From the NCBI GenBank assembly GCA_963813715.1, contig CAWFAK010000008.1:192001-256000 (forward strand): a DNA stretch of 64,000 nt, given 5' to 3'. Source of the DNA: an uncultured Planctomycetaceae bacterium (lineage in GTDB: Bacteria > Planctomycetota > Planctomycetia > Planctomycetales > Planctomycetaceae). The notes beneath the pieces are model-generated. The model had not been told where the DNA came from, did no database searches, and worked only from the letters and a program-made list of their open reading frames with translations. The translations under genes were made by a program, and so were the position numbers. The stretch's first letter is position 1, and the number at the start of each line of letters is the position of its first letter. Shown one piece after another: positions 20,873 to 32,163 of the stretch.

Positions 20873-21661
20873 ATGCGGCGAATTCTCGGGATCGGTTTCG
20901 GCGCGGCGACTCAGGCGGTGTTCCTGGTCACGCTCTGGCCGCTCTATTGCTTTCTGCGAAACGACTCGGCGGCCGCGCCGGCGGGGTCGCTCTGGTTCGA
21001 CGCGCTGCTCGCACTTGGTTTCGCCGTCCCACATAGCATCCTGCTCGCTCCTCCGACGCGAAAGTTGATCACCCGCTGGCTGCCCGGCGACTTGTACGGC
21101 TGCCTGTTCTGCCTGGTGACGTGCCTGTCACTGCTCGCGCAATTCTCGCTGTGGCGCGGCAGCTCGACCGTGGTTTGGGCGTGGCCCGCCGCGCTGCAGC
21201 CCGTGATTCGCGCCGCCTTTCTGGGCAGTTGGGGACTCACGTTTTACACCCTGTGGCTGACGGGGCTGCAATACCAGACAGGGATTGGCCCGTGGTGGCG
21301 TTGGGTCCGTCGGCAGCCGACGCCGCGACGCGAATTCGCTCCCCGCGGCGCGTATCTTTATCTACGCCATCCCGTCTATCTCAGCTTTTTGGGGCTGGTT
21401 TGGTTCACGCCCGTTTTAACCGCCGACCGCGTCGTGCTGATTTCCGTTTGGACGACCTACGTTTTCGTGGGCAGCTACCTGAAAGACCGACGGCTGGCGA
21501 ACTGTATCGGCGATCGTTATTTGCAATACCTGAGCGAGGTTCCGGCGTATCCATTTCTCGCCTGGAGTCCCAAGCCCCAGGGGCTGCTGCGCTTTGCCCC
21601 CGTTCGCGCGGAAAGCGACGAACGGTCCCTGAGCGATGAACTGCCGGCCAAGGCGGCGTGA
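20873..21661 (+). CDS. Integral membrane protein of the ICMT/MddA/nurim methyltransferase superfamily
   Basis: 5-6 TM helices, FAVPHS, GAYLYLRHPVYL, and C-terminal YLQYLSEVP. Confidence 0.7.
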   Translation: MRRILGIGFGAATQAVFLVTLWPLYCFLRNDSAAAPAGSLWFDALLALGFAVPHSILLAPPTRKLITRWLPGDLYGCLFCLVTCLSLLAQFSLWRGSSTVVWAWPAALQPVIRAAFLGSWGLTFYTLWLTGLQYQTGIGPWWRWVRRQPTPRREFAPRGAYLYLRHPVYLSFLGLVWFTPVLTADRVVLISVWTTYVFVGSYLKDRRLANCIGDRYLQYLSEVPAYPFLAWSPKPQGLLRFAPVRAESDERSLSDELPAKAA

Positions 21662-21716
21662 AATTTCTCGAACGACTTTGGCCGCTCTGGGGGCTTGAGC
21701 CCCCGGAGTTTTTCGG

Positions 21717-22378
21717 TCACTCGCGCGTGCGTCCCATCCGTTCGCGCACGAGCGTTTCCAAACAGACAACCATTTCGTCAGGCGATAGGTGCGACGTATC
21801 GATGCGGATCGCATCGTCGGCCGGACGAAGCGGGGCCGTGTCGCGCGTTTGGTCTCGATTGTCCCGTTCGAGGATTTGCCGCAGCAGGTCCTCGACCGCA
21901 ATCGTCTCGCCCTGCTCTGCCAGCTCGATCTGTCGGCGGCGGGCTCGCTCGTTCGGGTCGGCCGTCAGATAGAACTTGCACTCCGCGAGCGGAAAGACGA
22001 CCGTTCCCTGGTCGCGCCCCTCGCTGACCACGTTGCGTCGCTCGGCCGCTTGGCGCTGCAGGCGGACCAGCTCGGTTCGCACCTCGGGAATGGCGGCCAC
22101 TTTCGACGCAGCGCTCGACACTTCCGGTGTGCGAATTGCCGCCGTTACGTCGCGCCCCCCGCGCGGACGACGGGACCGAGTGCCTCGATGTCAGCGGCGT
22201 GAGCCACCTGGACGACCTGTGCCACGTCGCCGATGTCGATCCCCCGCGAGAGCACTTCGAGCGCCACGGCCCGATACATGGCCCCCGTATCGAGAAAATC
22301 AAAGCCCAGCCGCTCCGCCAACCGGCGTGCTGCCGTGCTTTTTCCCGAACCGGCCGGGCCGTCGATCGTCACGATCAT
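21717..22378 (-). CDS. cmk: Cytidylate kinase (frameshift ~22150)
   Basis: [21 protein letters not shown]; then [26 protein letters not shown]. Confidence 0.93.
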
Positions 22379-22422
22379 GTCGCACGCCACGTCATCGAGA
22401 GTTCCTGGCCGACATCACGCAG

Positions 22423-25330
22423 TCAGCCGAAGCGCAATTCCACATCGACGATCTCATAAGCGCCGACTTCGATCAACACGGCATCCTCGACGATGGGCAG
22501 TTCACTCAACGTCCGCCCCAGGAAGTCGCGGCGGCTGGCGCGGCTGGGAGTACGAAAACACTCCAGACGCACCGGCCGCTGCCGCCCCTCGGTTTCCGCG
22601 AGCCGGACGATAAATCCGTAACCGGCGTTTTTTGGCGGTGAAGGCTCGCCGTTCTCCGCCGGCAACTGATCAACGGCGACGGGCTCGGGCGCTTCGCTCG
22701 GTGCGGGGGGGCGAAACTGCAGGATCTGAACGTTCTTCGCGTTGACGTGAAACAGCCAGCCGCTGGCGCCAGCGACCGGCGGACCTGCCGACGATTCGAG
22801 TACGGTTGGGGGGACCAAAAAATTCATCGCGGCCTGCATGGGGTAGTCGGCGTCGATTGCCAGGCCGAAGCGGAACCGCCGCTCGGTCTCACCCGCCACG
22901 ATCAACAGGCTGTCGACCATCCGCGGCCCGGTCCGGCGATGAAAGGGCAAGCCCCCATTCAAAATGGTGATCCGCTGCGACTCGTTGGCGATCTCGAGGA
23001 AGTGCGGGCTCTCGAATCGCTCAAATTGCAGGCTGTGCGCGCCGCCGAGAACGCTCCGCGTCAACGTGGCGCCGCTGTCGTTCCAGGCAAAGCGGGAGGC
23101 GACATAATTGCTCCAGGGATCGCCGTCCGGCATCTTGACTGCGCGGAGCTCGATTTCCAGCTCGATCACTGGGCGTCCCCGCCAGAGCCGCACGGTCTGC
23201 TCGAACTCGGCCACGACCGATCCGTCCTGAGGATCGTTCAGCGATCCCGAGCTGACGACCTCGCCGAGCGCCGGGCCGCCTGAGGTGACTCTGCTCGACT
23301 TGCATCGCATCTGAGAATAAAACGTTCGCTCGGCCGGCTCGCCGTTCGGTCCCGCGACGACCCGCTCCCGCCCGAACCGGAGCGCCAATTGCTGACTCAG
23401 GCGGTTCGGCTTGCGGCCGAATTCCTTGATGTGGGAGATTCCGCCAGTGGCCTCGTTGATGTGCACCTCGATGAACTCGTTGCGGATCATCCGCTCTTCG
23501 GACATCAGGGATTTCGCGGCTCGCGGGCGTTCGGCCTGCGGATTGCGCGACGGCACCCACGTGTAGCCGCAAGCCGGCAGATCGAGTGTGACCTGCCGGT
23601 GCCCGCTGTCGTACTGCACGCTACGGATCGGAGCCTGCAAGGCTGGCGGGCTCTCGATTTTCGGCAACTCGACTGTGACCGTCCGATTAAACGACAGCGG
23701 ATTGAGAATCAGGTATCCCGGCTCGCCACGTCCCGCGAGGAACTTTTGGCTTAGACCGGCAGCCGAACGATGGAGCTGTGCGTCGAGGCGCTCATCGACC
23801 ACGGCCGCCGGCTCAGCGCCGACCTCTGGTAGATCGGGCCCGGCCGACTCGACTTGGTCTTCCAGCGCACTGATCTCATCCGATCCGATCGGCTGTTCAC
23901 CCAGAATGCCAGTAAGTGCCTGGAACTGCGCGGCGGCGTCGAAACGCGAGCGGCGGCGGAAATGCCGGCGAAAACGGCTGATGGGATCGCGTTCTTGAGC
24001 GGCCACCGCCTGGATCAAGAACGGCGAAAGGTATTCGGATTCCTGGAATCGCGAGTGGCGCCCCGAATCGTCCGCCTGCTCGAAGAATTGTCGAAAGGTT
24101 ACGAACCGCCCCAAGACCTGGCTTTGGGCGTGAATCCGTTCGAGATCGTGCCAGAACGGATTGCGCACCTCTGGCCAGCGGGCCCATACGATGGCCGCCG
24201 TCTGATCCTGCTGCATCGATTCGGCCAGACGCGACGGAAAGCGGAGAAAGCTGGCCGCACTGTCGACAGCCAGCGGTATTCGCGTCGTCGCGTCGAGCGT
24301 CGTGCCGTCGCAACCTTCCCAGCGGATGCGGCTCTCTTCGGTATCGGGATACAGCCCGTCGTCGAGGGCCACGTGCAGCGCGCCGCGAAAGCCGTTGCGA
24401 TCGAGAATCATTGGCAACAGTGTCGTCATTCCGTAGCGACGGCGCCCCCAGACGGTTGGTGAACTGCCGAGCATCCGCTGAAACGCGTCTCGCCCGCGCT
24501 CGAACTCCCCCAGAAACGTCGTGACCGGCACGAGCGGCACCGGTCGCTCGCTCCATTCACCGCCGACAACCTCCAATCGGCCCGCGCTGACGGCTTCACG
24601 GATTTGATCGATGAGCTGCGGCCGCTCGCGGGAAATTGCTTCGAGGTCGACGGCCGTGAGGAGCAGCATTCAGCGGCTTGGACGACGCAATCGTTCGCTC
24701 GAAATGGGCGTCGGCCAGCCGGGGAATCACCAAGCACAAATCGATCAGGTAGAACTCGACCGGATAAAACCGCTCACGGGCTTCGGTGAGGACGTCGAAG
24801 CAGTTCTTCAGCCGGCTCCTGGTTTCCTCGACATCGCCGGAGACGGCTGCGTTTGCCGCAGCGACCACTTCGCGCTCCAGGCGGCCGTCATCAAAGCCCT
24901 CGAAGTGGTGCATCCGTCGGCTGAGTATCTCAACCATCACCTTGGCGACGCCGAGAGCGAAGAAATCGGCGACCAGATCTTCGTCCAGGGGGACTGGCTC
25001 GAGCGGACTGAGGACGGCCTGCGCGAGGGCGCCGCGATCCACGAGTCCGACCACAACGGTCGCCCCGTCAGAGCGCGCCTGATCGATCCAGCCCGCCGGC
25101 ACCGTATCTTCGGAGGCCGGCGGGACAAGGATCAGGCACCCGGCGACGGAGGCGGGTGGGTCGTCGGCCCGGAGTTCACGGGGAAGCGATTTGCTGCTAC
25201 TCAGGACGGACGGATGCCAGGCGACGGCCACCGCGTTGAGGACCCCCGCGGCCTTATCGTCCGGCAAATCGGCGGGCAAGTCTTCGAGCCCGTGGCCGGG
25301 AAGCAAGATGACGACGTCGCGGTAATTCAT
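22423..25330 (-). CDS. Large glycoside hydrolase family 38 (alpha-mannosidase)-like protein (frameshift ~24670)
   Basis: GRLEVVGG, WEGCDG, NPLSFNR, LPACGY, IVRLAETEG..YEIVDV resemble the GH38 architecture; ORFs 24596..25330 and 22423..24669 abut. Catalytic activity not established. Confidence 0.6.
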
Positions 25331-25714
25331 CGGGGGTCGCGATCATTCATGGAGGGTCGCCGTAATTCATTGCGTGCGGGTCGCGGTTATTTCTGACCGA
25401 ATGACGCAGCGGCTCCCCGGTCGGAGAGCCCATTGCATGTTCCCGGCGGAGGCCCGCACCCGAATTTGACGAATCTCGGGAACTTTTTGAAGCGGTGCCG
25501 GCGTCGAAGTTAGGCAGGTATCCGGCGGTGGTCCCCAGGAGACCAGCAGTTTTAAGGTCGAAGGCGTTGAGAGCGACAGTTGGACTGTATGGAGAAGCGT
25601 CCCGCGTCGAAAGCGACTTTTTGGCCAAGACTTGCGCTCGGGGGGGAGCGGACCTTATAATGACCGTCTCAGCATTTCTACAAACGGTCCGCATCGCAGG
25701 ACATGCTCGTTAGA

Positions 25715-25751
25715 TCTTCCCAACTTCCTGTTCTGGGCTAAGTTAGGAAGA
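25715..25751. promoter_or_regulatory. Inverted repeat upstream of pilM
   Basis: TCTTCCCAACTT-N13-AAGTTAGGAAGA (11/12 match), about 60 nt before the pilM ATG. Confidence 0.5.
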
Positions 25752-25810
25752 CCAAGACTGAATTTCGTCTGAATTTGCGGGCGCCTCTTTTTTCTTATTA
25801 GAGGATCGGA

Positions 25811-28033
25811 ATGCCAGGTAAACCCGGAGCTTGGGGCGTTGATATTGGACAAGCCGGCCTGAAGGCGATCCGGCTGCAAATCAATGACGCCACCGAACAA
25901 GTCGTTGCCACGGCCTTCGACTATATCGCCCACCCGAAAATTCTCAGCCAGCCGGACGCCATCCCGGAAGAGCTGATCGCACAGGCCCTGGAAAAGTTCC
26001 TCAAGCAGAACGACATCGAGAACGATCTGCTGGCAATCAGCGTGCCGGGGCAGTCGGCCCTGGCCCGGTTCATCCAGCTGCCCCCCGTCGAGGCGAGCAA
26101 GGTCAGCGAGATCGTCAAGTACGAGGCTCGCCAGCAGATCCCTTTCGCCCTGGAAGACGTGGTTTGGGACTACCAGACCCTCGGCAAGGGGACCGAAGAG
26201 AGCGGTTTCCTGCTCGAGGCCGAAGTCGGTCTGTTCGCGATGAAGCGTGACCAGGTCAACAACCAGCTCCGCCCCTTCACCAACGCGCAGCTGGAAGTCG
26301 AGCTGATCCAAATCGCGCCGTTGGCCCTGTACAACTTCTTGAGCTTCGACCAACTGGGCATCCGTCTCGGAGACGAGACGGTCGCCATGGATTCGTACAC
26401 GATTTTGCTGGACATGGGTGCGGACAACACCATGCTTTTGGTCTCCAACGGCCAGAAGATTTGGATCCGCAACGTGCCGATCGGCGGTAATCATTTCACG
26501 CGGGCCCTGACGAAGGAGATGAAGCTCACCTTCGCGAAGGCCGAGCATCTCAAGTGCAACGCCACCAAGTCGCCCGATCCGCGGTCGGTGTTCCAGGCGC
26601 TGCGTCCGGTGTTCAACGATTACGTCTCGGAAATTCAGCGCTCGATCGGCTATTTCTCGAGCGTGAATCGCGAGGCGAAGATCTCCAAGGTGGTCGGGCT
26701 GGGGAACGGGTTCAAGCTGGCCGGCTTGCAGAAGTTCCTGCAGCAAAACCTGCAATACGAGGTCGAGCGAGTCGAGTCGTTCGACGCAATTACGACCGAC
26801 TCGTTCAAAGACGCCGCCTTGTTCGAGGAAAACATCCTCAGCTTCCCCGTCTGTTATGGCGTCGCTCTGCAGGCGCTCAAGCAGACGCGGATCCGCACGT
26901 CGCTCTTGCCGAAAGAGATTACCACGGCCCGGACCATTGCCCGCAAGAAGCCGTGGGCGGTGGGGGCGGCCGCCGTGCTGCTGGTGGGAGTGGCCGCTTC
27001 GGCCTTCGGGTACGCCCGCGTTTTCCAGTCGGTGGCGCCTAAGAGGTTTGATCCGGCGCTGAAGAAGATCGCCGACGTCATCAGTGCAACGAACGCGACC
27101 CATAAGACTTACGGCGAAGTGAGGACGGCCAACAAGAACGATTATGCCGGGGGCGAAAACCTGTTGCACGGGAGCGGCCAGCGGAATAACTGGCTGGAGC
27201 TCTACAAAGCGGTCGACGAGTGCCTGCCGGACGACAACGAAGAGCCCGACGTCCGCAAGCAGAACCGCGTGCGCATCTTCTCGCTGCAAGCTCGTTACAA
27301 GGCGGATCTCGGCGAGTGGTACAACGGCCTGAGCGCCAACGCGAAGGAATGGCTGGACGACAGCGAAAAGAAGACGGCGCCCACCGGAGCGGGATGGGTC
27401 GTACAACTCCGCGGGGAGCACATGCACGACGAGACGATGGGCACGAGGCGCGATGAAAAGGACCCCCGAGTCGAAATGACCGGCCGCGGTGCGGGCTGGC
27501 TGTACGATCACTTCGTCAAGCAGTTGCAACAGTGGGCCGTGCCGTCTCACAACGGTTCGGGCGAAGTTGGCGTACGCAAGATCGGAATTTCGTATGCCAC
27601 CATTGCCTACTGTCCGCCGCCGGACAGGGAACGGGGCGACCCGCTGGGCCGGATCCTGGCGGAACCAGGCCACGGAAACAGGGGCCGCGAAGACAAATGG
27701 GGCCGTAAGGGCAAGCGAGGCGGAATGAGCGGCTTCGGCCGGCGCGGTGGTGGAAGCGGCGGTGACGACGACGAAATCAGCATGGGTGGAATGGGTAGCG
27801 GGTTCGACTTCAAAAGGAAGGGCGACGATAGCCAGCTTCTGGGCGGCCATCCCGACGATACGAAGACTCCTAAGAGCATCGAGATGGAAGTGAATCACTT
27901 CGACGTCGAATTCATCTGGCGGCCAGACATGCGCCCGACGGCCGCGCCCACCACGGCACCGGCGAATACGGCGACGGCAGCGGTAACTCCGGCGAAAGCC
28001 GGTGCGCCGGCCGCCAGCCCGGCAAAGAAATAG
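25811..28033 (+). CDS. pilM: Type IV pilus assembly protein PilM with C-terminal TM/periplasmic (PilN-like) extension
   Basis: Actin-like fold motifs WGVDIG..LK, EARQQIPF, LDMGA, GGNHFT, EIQRSIGYF, followed by SLLP + TM helix and a periplasmic domain. Confidence 0.9.
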   Translation: MPGKPGAWGVDIGQAGLKAIRLQINDATEQVVATAFDYIAHPKILSQPDAIPEELIAQALEKFLKQNDIENDLLAISVPGQSALARFIQLPPVEASKVSEIVKYEARQQIPFALEDVVWDYQTLGKGTEESGFLLEAEVGLFAMKRDQVNNQLRPFTNAQLEVELIQIAPLALYNFLSFDQLGIRLGDETVAMDSYTILLDMGADNTMLLVSNGQKIWIRNVPIGGNHFTRALTKEMKLTFAKAEHLKCNATKSPDPRSVFQALRPVFNDYVSEIQRSIGYFSSVNREAKISKVVGLGNGFKLAGLQKFLQQNLQYEVERVESFDAITTDSFKDAALFEENILSFPVCYGVALQALKQTRIRTSLLPKEITTARTIARKKPWAVGAAAVLLVGVAASAFGYARVFQSVAPKRFDPALKKIADVISATNATHKTYGEVRTANKNDYAGGENLLHGSGQRNNWLELYKAVDECLPDDNEEPDVRKQNRVRIFSLQARYKADLGEWYNGLSANAKEWLDDSEKKTAPTGAGWVVQLRGEHMHDETMGTRRDEKDPRVEMTGRGAGWLYDHFVKQLQQWAVPSHNGSGEVGVRKIGISYATIAYCPPPDRERGDPLGRILAEPGHGNRGREDKWGRKGKRGGMSGFGRRGGGSGGDDDEISMGGMGSGFDFKRKGDDSQLLGGHPDDTKTPKSIEMEVNHFDVEFIWRPDMRPTAAPTTAPANTATAAVTPAKAGAPAASPAKK

Positions 28034-28137
28034 GCCGTTTCGGGCCCCGTGACGGACAGACGGGCGACGGACAGACAACGACGTTGCTCTGTGCTTTGAT
28101 GAATAACAGAAAGATTGCTTGAGGACCTTGCAGAGCC

Positions 28138-29748
28138 ATGGACCAACTAAAAATCCTGATGGAACATCGTTTCTGGGTCTTAAGTGCGCTCGCCGTCTTG
28201 CTGCCCCCCATCGGCTGGTGGGTCAGCACGGGCGACATGGCGACGCAGACGGAAGCCCAAACGAAGAAGATCAACTCCCAGATCAAGGTTATGGACGACC
28301 GGACGAGTAAAGCCTCGACATATGCCAATCAGGAGTGGATCGATGGCGCAAAGAAGGTGAATGCGAGGCTGGCCACTTTCATCGGTGAGTCGCAAAAGAC
28401 GCTCTACAAGCACCAGCAGCCGTCGATGGTCTTTTGGCCGACGATCCGCAAGCCCCTGGAGGAATCGAAGGTCAAGTATCGCGGCGAGACCGCCCCCAAT
28501 CCCCAGGTCTTTCTGGATGCGCGGCGATTGTTCATTTCACGCTATACGGACATGTGGATGGACGAGGTCCTCAAAGTCATCGAGCCCTTCGACCTGGTGA
28601 CTGGAGACGGAAAGGTCTGGTGCTTAAATGACAACGGCGGAATCCCGATCATGAAGGCCCCGGTCGCGAGTTGGCAGCAACGCCAGATGATCGGCGCAGA
28701 TGAAATGTGGGCGGCCCAGGAGGATCTGTGGATGCTGCACGCTCTCATGAAGGCCGTGGCGCGCGTCAACGAGGGCTCGAGCAACATTGACAACGCCCGT
28801 ATCAAGCGATTGATTTCCGCCAAACTCCGCGGGGGCAGCCTCCTCGATCTGAATGATCGGCGCACCAAGAAGAAAGGGAACGCGGCCCCCGGCGGCGCAC
28901 CGGGCGGAGCGAGTGGCGGCGCGCCCTCCGGCGGTTTTGGTGGAATGGGTGGAATGATGGGCATGGGCCGCCTTGAGGCTGATCAGGGCCCCAAGGCTCA
29001 GCCGCTGATCGACCCGGACGATATCTTCGGTTCCGGCGAAGACGCCGGGGCGGCAGCAGCGCAGGCAACGACGAAGAAAAGAGGCATCGGCGATCCCGAG
29101 GGCGATACCCGCCCCTATGTCGAAACCGATCCCTCCAACCGTTGGCGCACTCGCGGTTTCATCTTGGACGTGGTGATGGACCACCAGGAGATTCCCAAGC
29201 TGCTGACGGTGTTGACCGAGTCGCCGTTTCCCGTGCAGATCTTCCAAGTCGAACATCTCCCCTTCGACAGCTCGAAAACCCACGTGAAATCGACTTTGAC
29301 CCTCGGGCCCGAAAACGCCGAGCAGCAAAAAATCGTGAAAAATAACGAGGAGCGTGTGGCGATGGCCATGAACCAGTCAAATCTGGCCGAAGTGCTGGTC
29401 GCCGGCACCTTCCTGCTCTATAACGAGCCGGCGAGCATGGCCGAACCCGCCCCGGCGGCAACCGGAGCCGGCACTGCTCCGCCGGCGACGAAAACGCCGC
29501 CTGGTGGAACAGCCGCTGCCAAGGGAGCACCGGTGGGATCACCGGCTCCGTCAAGCGGCGCGAAGCCGGCTTCGCCGACAACGCCCGCGCCCAAGTCGAG
29601 CCCGTCGTCGAACACGGCCACGCCGAGCAAGGGGGCGCCCGCTGCCGGCGGATCGACAACCGCCCCGACAAGTCCCAAACCGGGCGCAGCGACTCCCGCC
29701 GCTTCGGGTTCGACGGCTCCGAAGTCGGCCCAGCCGGCGAAATCCTGA
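28138..29748 (+). CDS. Membrane-anchored pilus-assembly-associated protein (PilO-like position)
   Basis: N-terminal TM helix, coiled coil, Gly/Met-rich insert and Pro/Ala/Thr tail; second gene of the pilM operon. Confidence 0.65.
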   Translation: MDQLKILMEHRFWVLSALAVLLPPIGWWVSTGDMATQTEAQTKKINSQIKVMDDRTSKASTYANQEWIDGAKKVNARLATFIGESQKTLYKHQQPSMVFWPTIRKPLEESKVKYRGETAPNPQVFLDARRLFISRYTDMWMDEVLKVIEPFDLVTGDGKVWCLNDNGGIPIMKAPVASWQQRQMIGADEMWAAQEDLWMLHALMKAVARVNEGSSNIDNARIKRLISAKLRGGSLLDLNDRRTKKKGNAAPGGAPGGASGGAPSGGFGGMGGMMGMGRLEADQGPKAQPLIDPDDIFGSGEDAGAAAAQATTKKRGIGDPEGDTRPYVETDPSNRWRTRGFILDVVMDHQEIPKLLTVLTESPFPVQIFQVEHLPFDSSKTHVKSTLTLGPENAEQQKIVKNNEERVAMAMNQSNLAEVLVAGTFLLYNEPASMAEPAPAATGAGTAPPATKTPPGGTAAAKGAPVGSPAPSSGAKPASPTTPAPKSSPSSNTATPSKGAPAAGGSTTAPTSPKPGAATPAASGSTAPKSAQPAKS

Positions 29749-29808
29749 TTCCGTCCGCTTTGTCACGATCGGTTCGTTCTTCGACAATTTGCCTGGATGC
29801 AGATCGCC

Positions 29809-32073
29809 ATGAAGGTCCCCAATCTCAAAACGCTCGACTATAAGCAACTCGGCATTGACCACGGCGAAAAGCTGGCAATCGCAATTGTGGGCCTGCTGTT
29901 GCTTTTCGTGTTGTGGACGACGAAATGGAGCCAGCCCATTGCGAAGGCTCCGACCGAGCTAATCGACCAGGCGGCGACGACCGAGGAAAAGATCAAGAAG
30001 CAAGCCTGGCCCGTGAGCGAGACCAAGGCCTTGAACACGGGGACGGACTTGAATGCCAAGGCCGTCGCGATGTTGAGCCCCCTGGAGTTCGCGCCCTGGC
30101 GCTGCCCGTTGCCATGAACAAGCCTTATCACCCGGATCGCACCCTGATCACCAAGCCCAAGTGGCTGGCCGTGCATGACCTGGTCGCCGACGCCCAGGAC
30201 GTCGATCTGGAAATGGATCCGAAGGTCGCGCGCTTTGACGATGGCTTCAAGAAACTCAAGAAGGAAGACACGTCCAAGGCTGAGAAAGCCAAGAAGGCCG
30301 AACAAGAGAAGAAGGACAAGGAAGCCGAAGAGAAAACGGAAGTCCCGGAGGATTCTGAAGCGCACCGGCGATGGCGGCGGTCCCGGATCCGGCGGGCTCG
30401 GCGGCCTGGGCGGCATGGGGGGCGGCCTCGGGCGCGGCGGCATGATGGGTGGCATGGGCCGCGGCAAGCGGGGCAAGGGCGGCGATAACGACCGCATTCC
30501 GAACACGGGGCGCGGCAAGGGCCGCAAATCGCGGAAGAAAGATGACGACACGCCGGTCGTCAAAACCGACAGCAAGCCGGTGCAAAAGCCGATCGGCCGC
30601 GGCTATCACGTCGTGTCGGTGCGGGGCATCTTCCCCCTCCGCGAACAAGTCGCTGAGCTGGTGCGTGCCATGGGCAACGGCATCACTCCGCACGACGCGC
30701 AAGAACTCATTCAGATGCACGACTTCAAACTCGAGCGGCAAACCGCCAAGCCAGGCCCTGATCCGTGGAGCGGCCCGTGGGAGCCGGTCGACCGGGAAGC
30801 GACGTTCGAGATGTTCCGCAACGACATCTACAGCTTCTCCCCCGAGCCCGTGTCGGACAACATCATCGACAACCACATTTGCATGCCTTTGCCGATTCGG
30901 TTGATCGGTGAGTGGGGGAAGCTGGCCACGCACAGACTCGTCAAGGAGTTCACACTCTCTCCGGATGAGGTGGAGGCGCAAGTCGAATACCAGCGCAAAA
31001 TCATCGCCAAGATGCAGGAAGAGGACAAAAAGAAGCACAAGGAGGATGACACGGGAGGCTTCGCCCCGTTCATGCGCAACACGCGGAAGGTCCAGCGGCG
31101 GGCCCAGAACCCCAACGGCCCAGACGCGGAAAGCAGCAAGCCGATTCAGCAGCAAATCCTGGATGACTTGGAAAAGGCGCCCAAGGACCGTCCGGACGAC
31201 GTGGCGATCAACGCCAAGCTGGCCGACTACATCGCCAAGCACGCCAGCCCGCAGGATCACTTGCTGCTCTTCCGCTACGTCGACTTCAATGTCGAGCCGG
31301 GGAAGTTTTATCGCTACCGGGTGAGGCTGGAAGTGGACAATCCCTTCCACAATCGTCATGCCGAAGAAGTCGCCGAGCCGTCAATCATCGAGAGGAAGTA
31401 TTGGGACACCGAGGTGAGCGAGCCGACGAAGCCGGTTTACGTTCCCGAACCGGCCCATTTCTACGTGATGCACGTCGTCGGCGACGCCGGACGCTCGTCG
31501 CTGCCGTGGGCCAAGGTCGATCTCTATCAATGGTTCGCCAGCACCGGAACCGTGGTCAACAAGGAGCTCATCGCGACGATAGGGCAGCTGGTCGGCGGGT
31601 TGCACCTGGCCAAGGTTTTGAACCCCGCGGAGAATACGGACGATACGGAGAAAGTTCCGTTCGTCACCAACGATGCCTTGGTTGACGTCGCGCCTGGCTT
31701 TTCGCTTATTCCCGAACTGCACAAAGACCTGATCAGTGAAATCGCCGCCGCTGAAACCAAGGACAAGAGCGAGCCGCAGGAGCACAAGGCGAGCGACAAG
31801 GAGAAACCGAATAAGGGCTCGATGGTGCCTGACGTGTTGGTCTTTGTCGATGGCAATGGCGCGCTCCGCGTGATCGATGGTCTCGACCAGCAGGAAGAGC
31901 ACCAAGACACCAAGAATCGCTACACGATTCAAAACGACCAGTATGACGAGTTGACCAAGCCCGACGAGGACAAGGCCGATCAGGGGCGGCCCGGAACTCG
32001 CATGGGCGGCCTGGGCAAGAAGGGCGGTCGTCGTGGCGGCCGCAGCACGGCAGGAGCCAAGAAACAGCAATAG
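29809..32073 (+). CDS. Membrane-anchored pilM-operon protein (two frameshifts ~30105 and ~30350)
   Basis: N-terminal TM helix (HGEKLAIAIV); three successive frames (29797, 29913, 30175) with coding-like composition; LLFRYVDFNVEPGKFYRYRVRL motif. Confidence 0.65.
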
Positions 32074-32163
32074 CGCCGACCCGCGGGCGCGGCAACGCGG
32101 CCATCAGAGAGTGCGCGGTGGCCGCGATGAATCCGGAAATGGTTCATTTGTCGCGACGTCGGG

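Noticed and set aside
21717..22378. cmk (and other split genes) as true pseudogenes or programmed frameshifts
   Set aside because: The breaks are too widespread and affect conserved housekeeping genes with otherwise intact motifs; assembly error is more parsimonious.
25655..28078. 807-aa ORF antisense to pilM (and similar long antisense ORFs, e.g. 1985..3493, 62019..63407)
   Set aside because: Shadow ORFs caused by high-GC codon bias on the opposite strand of well-supported genes; they have no recognisable motifs.
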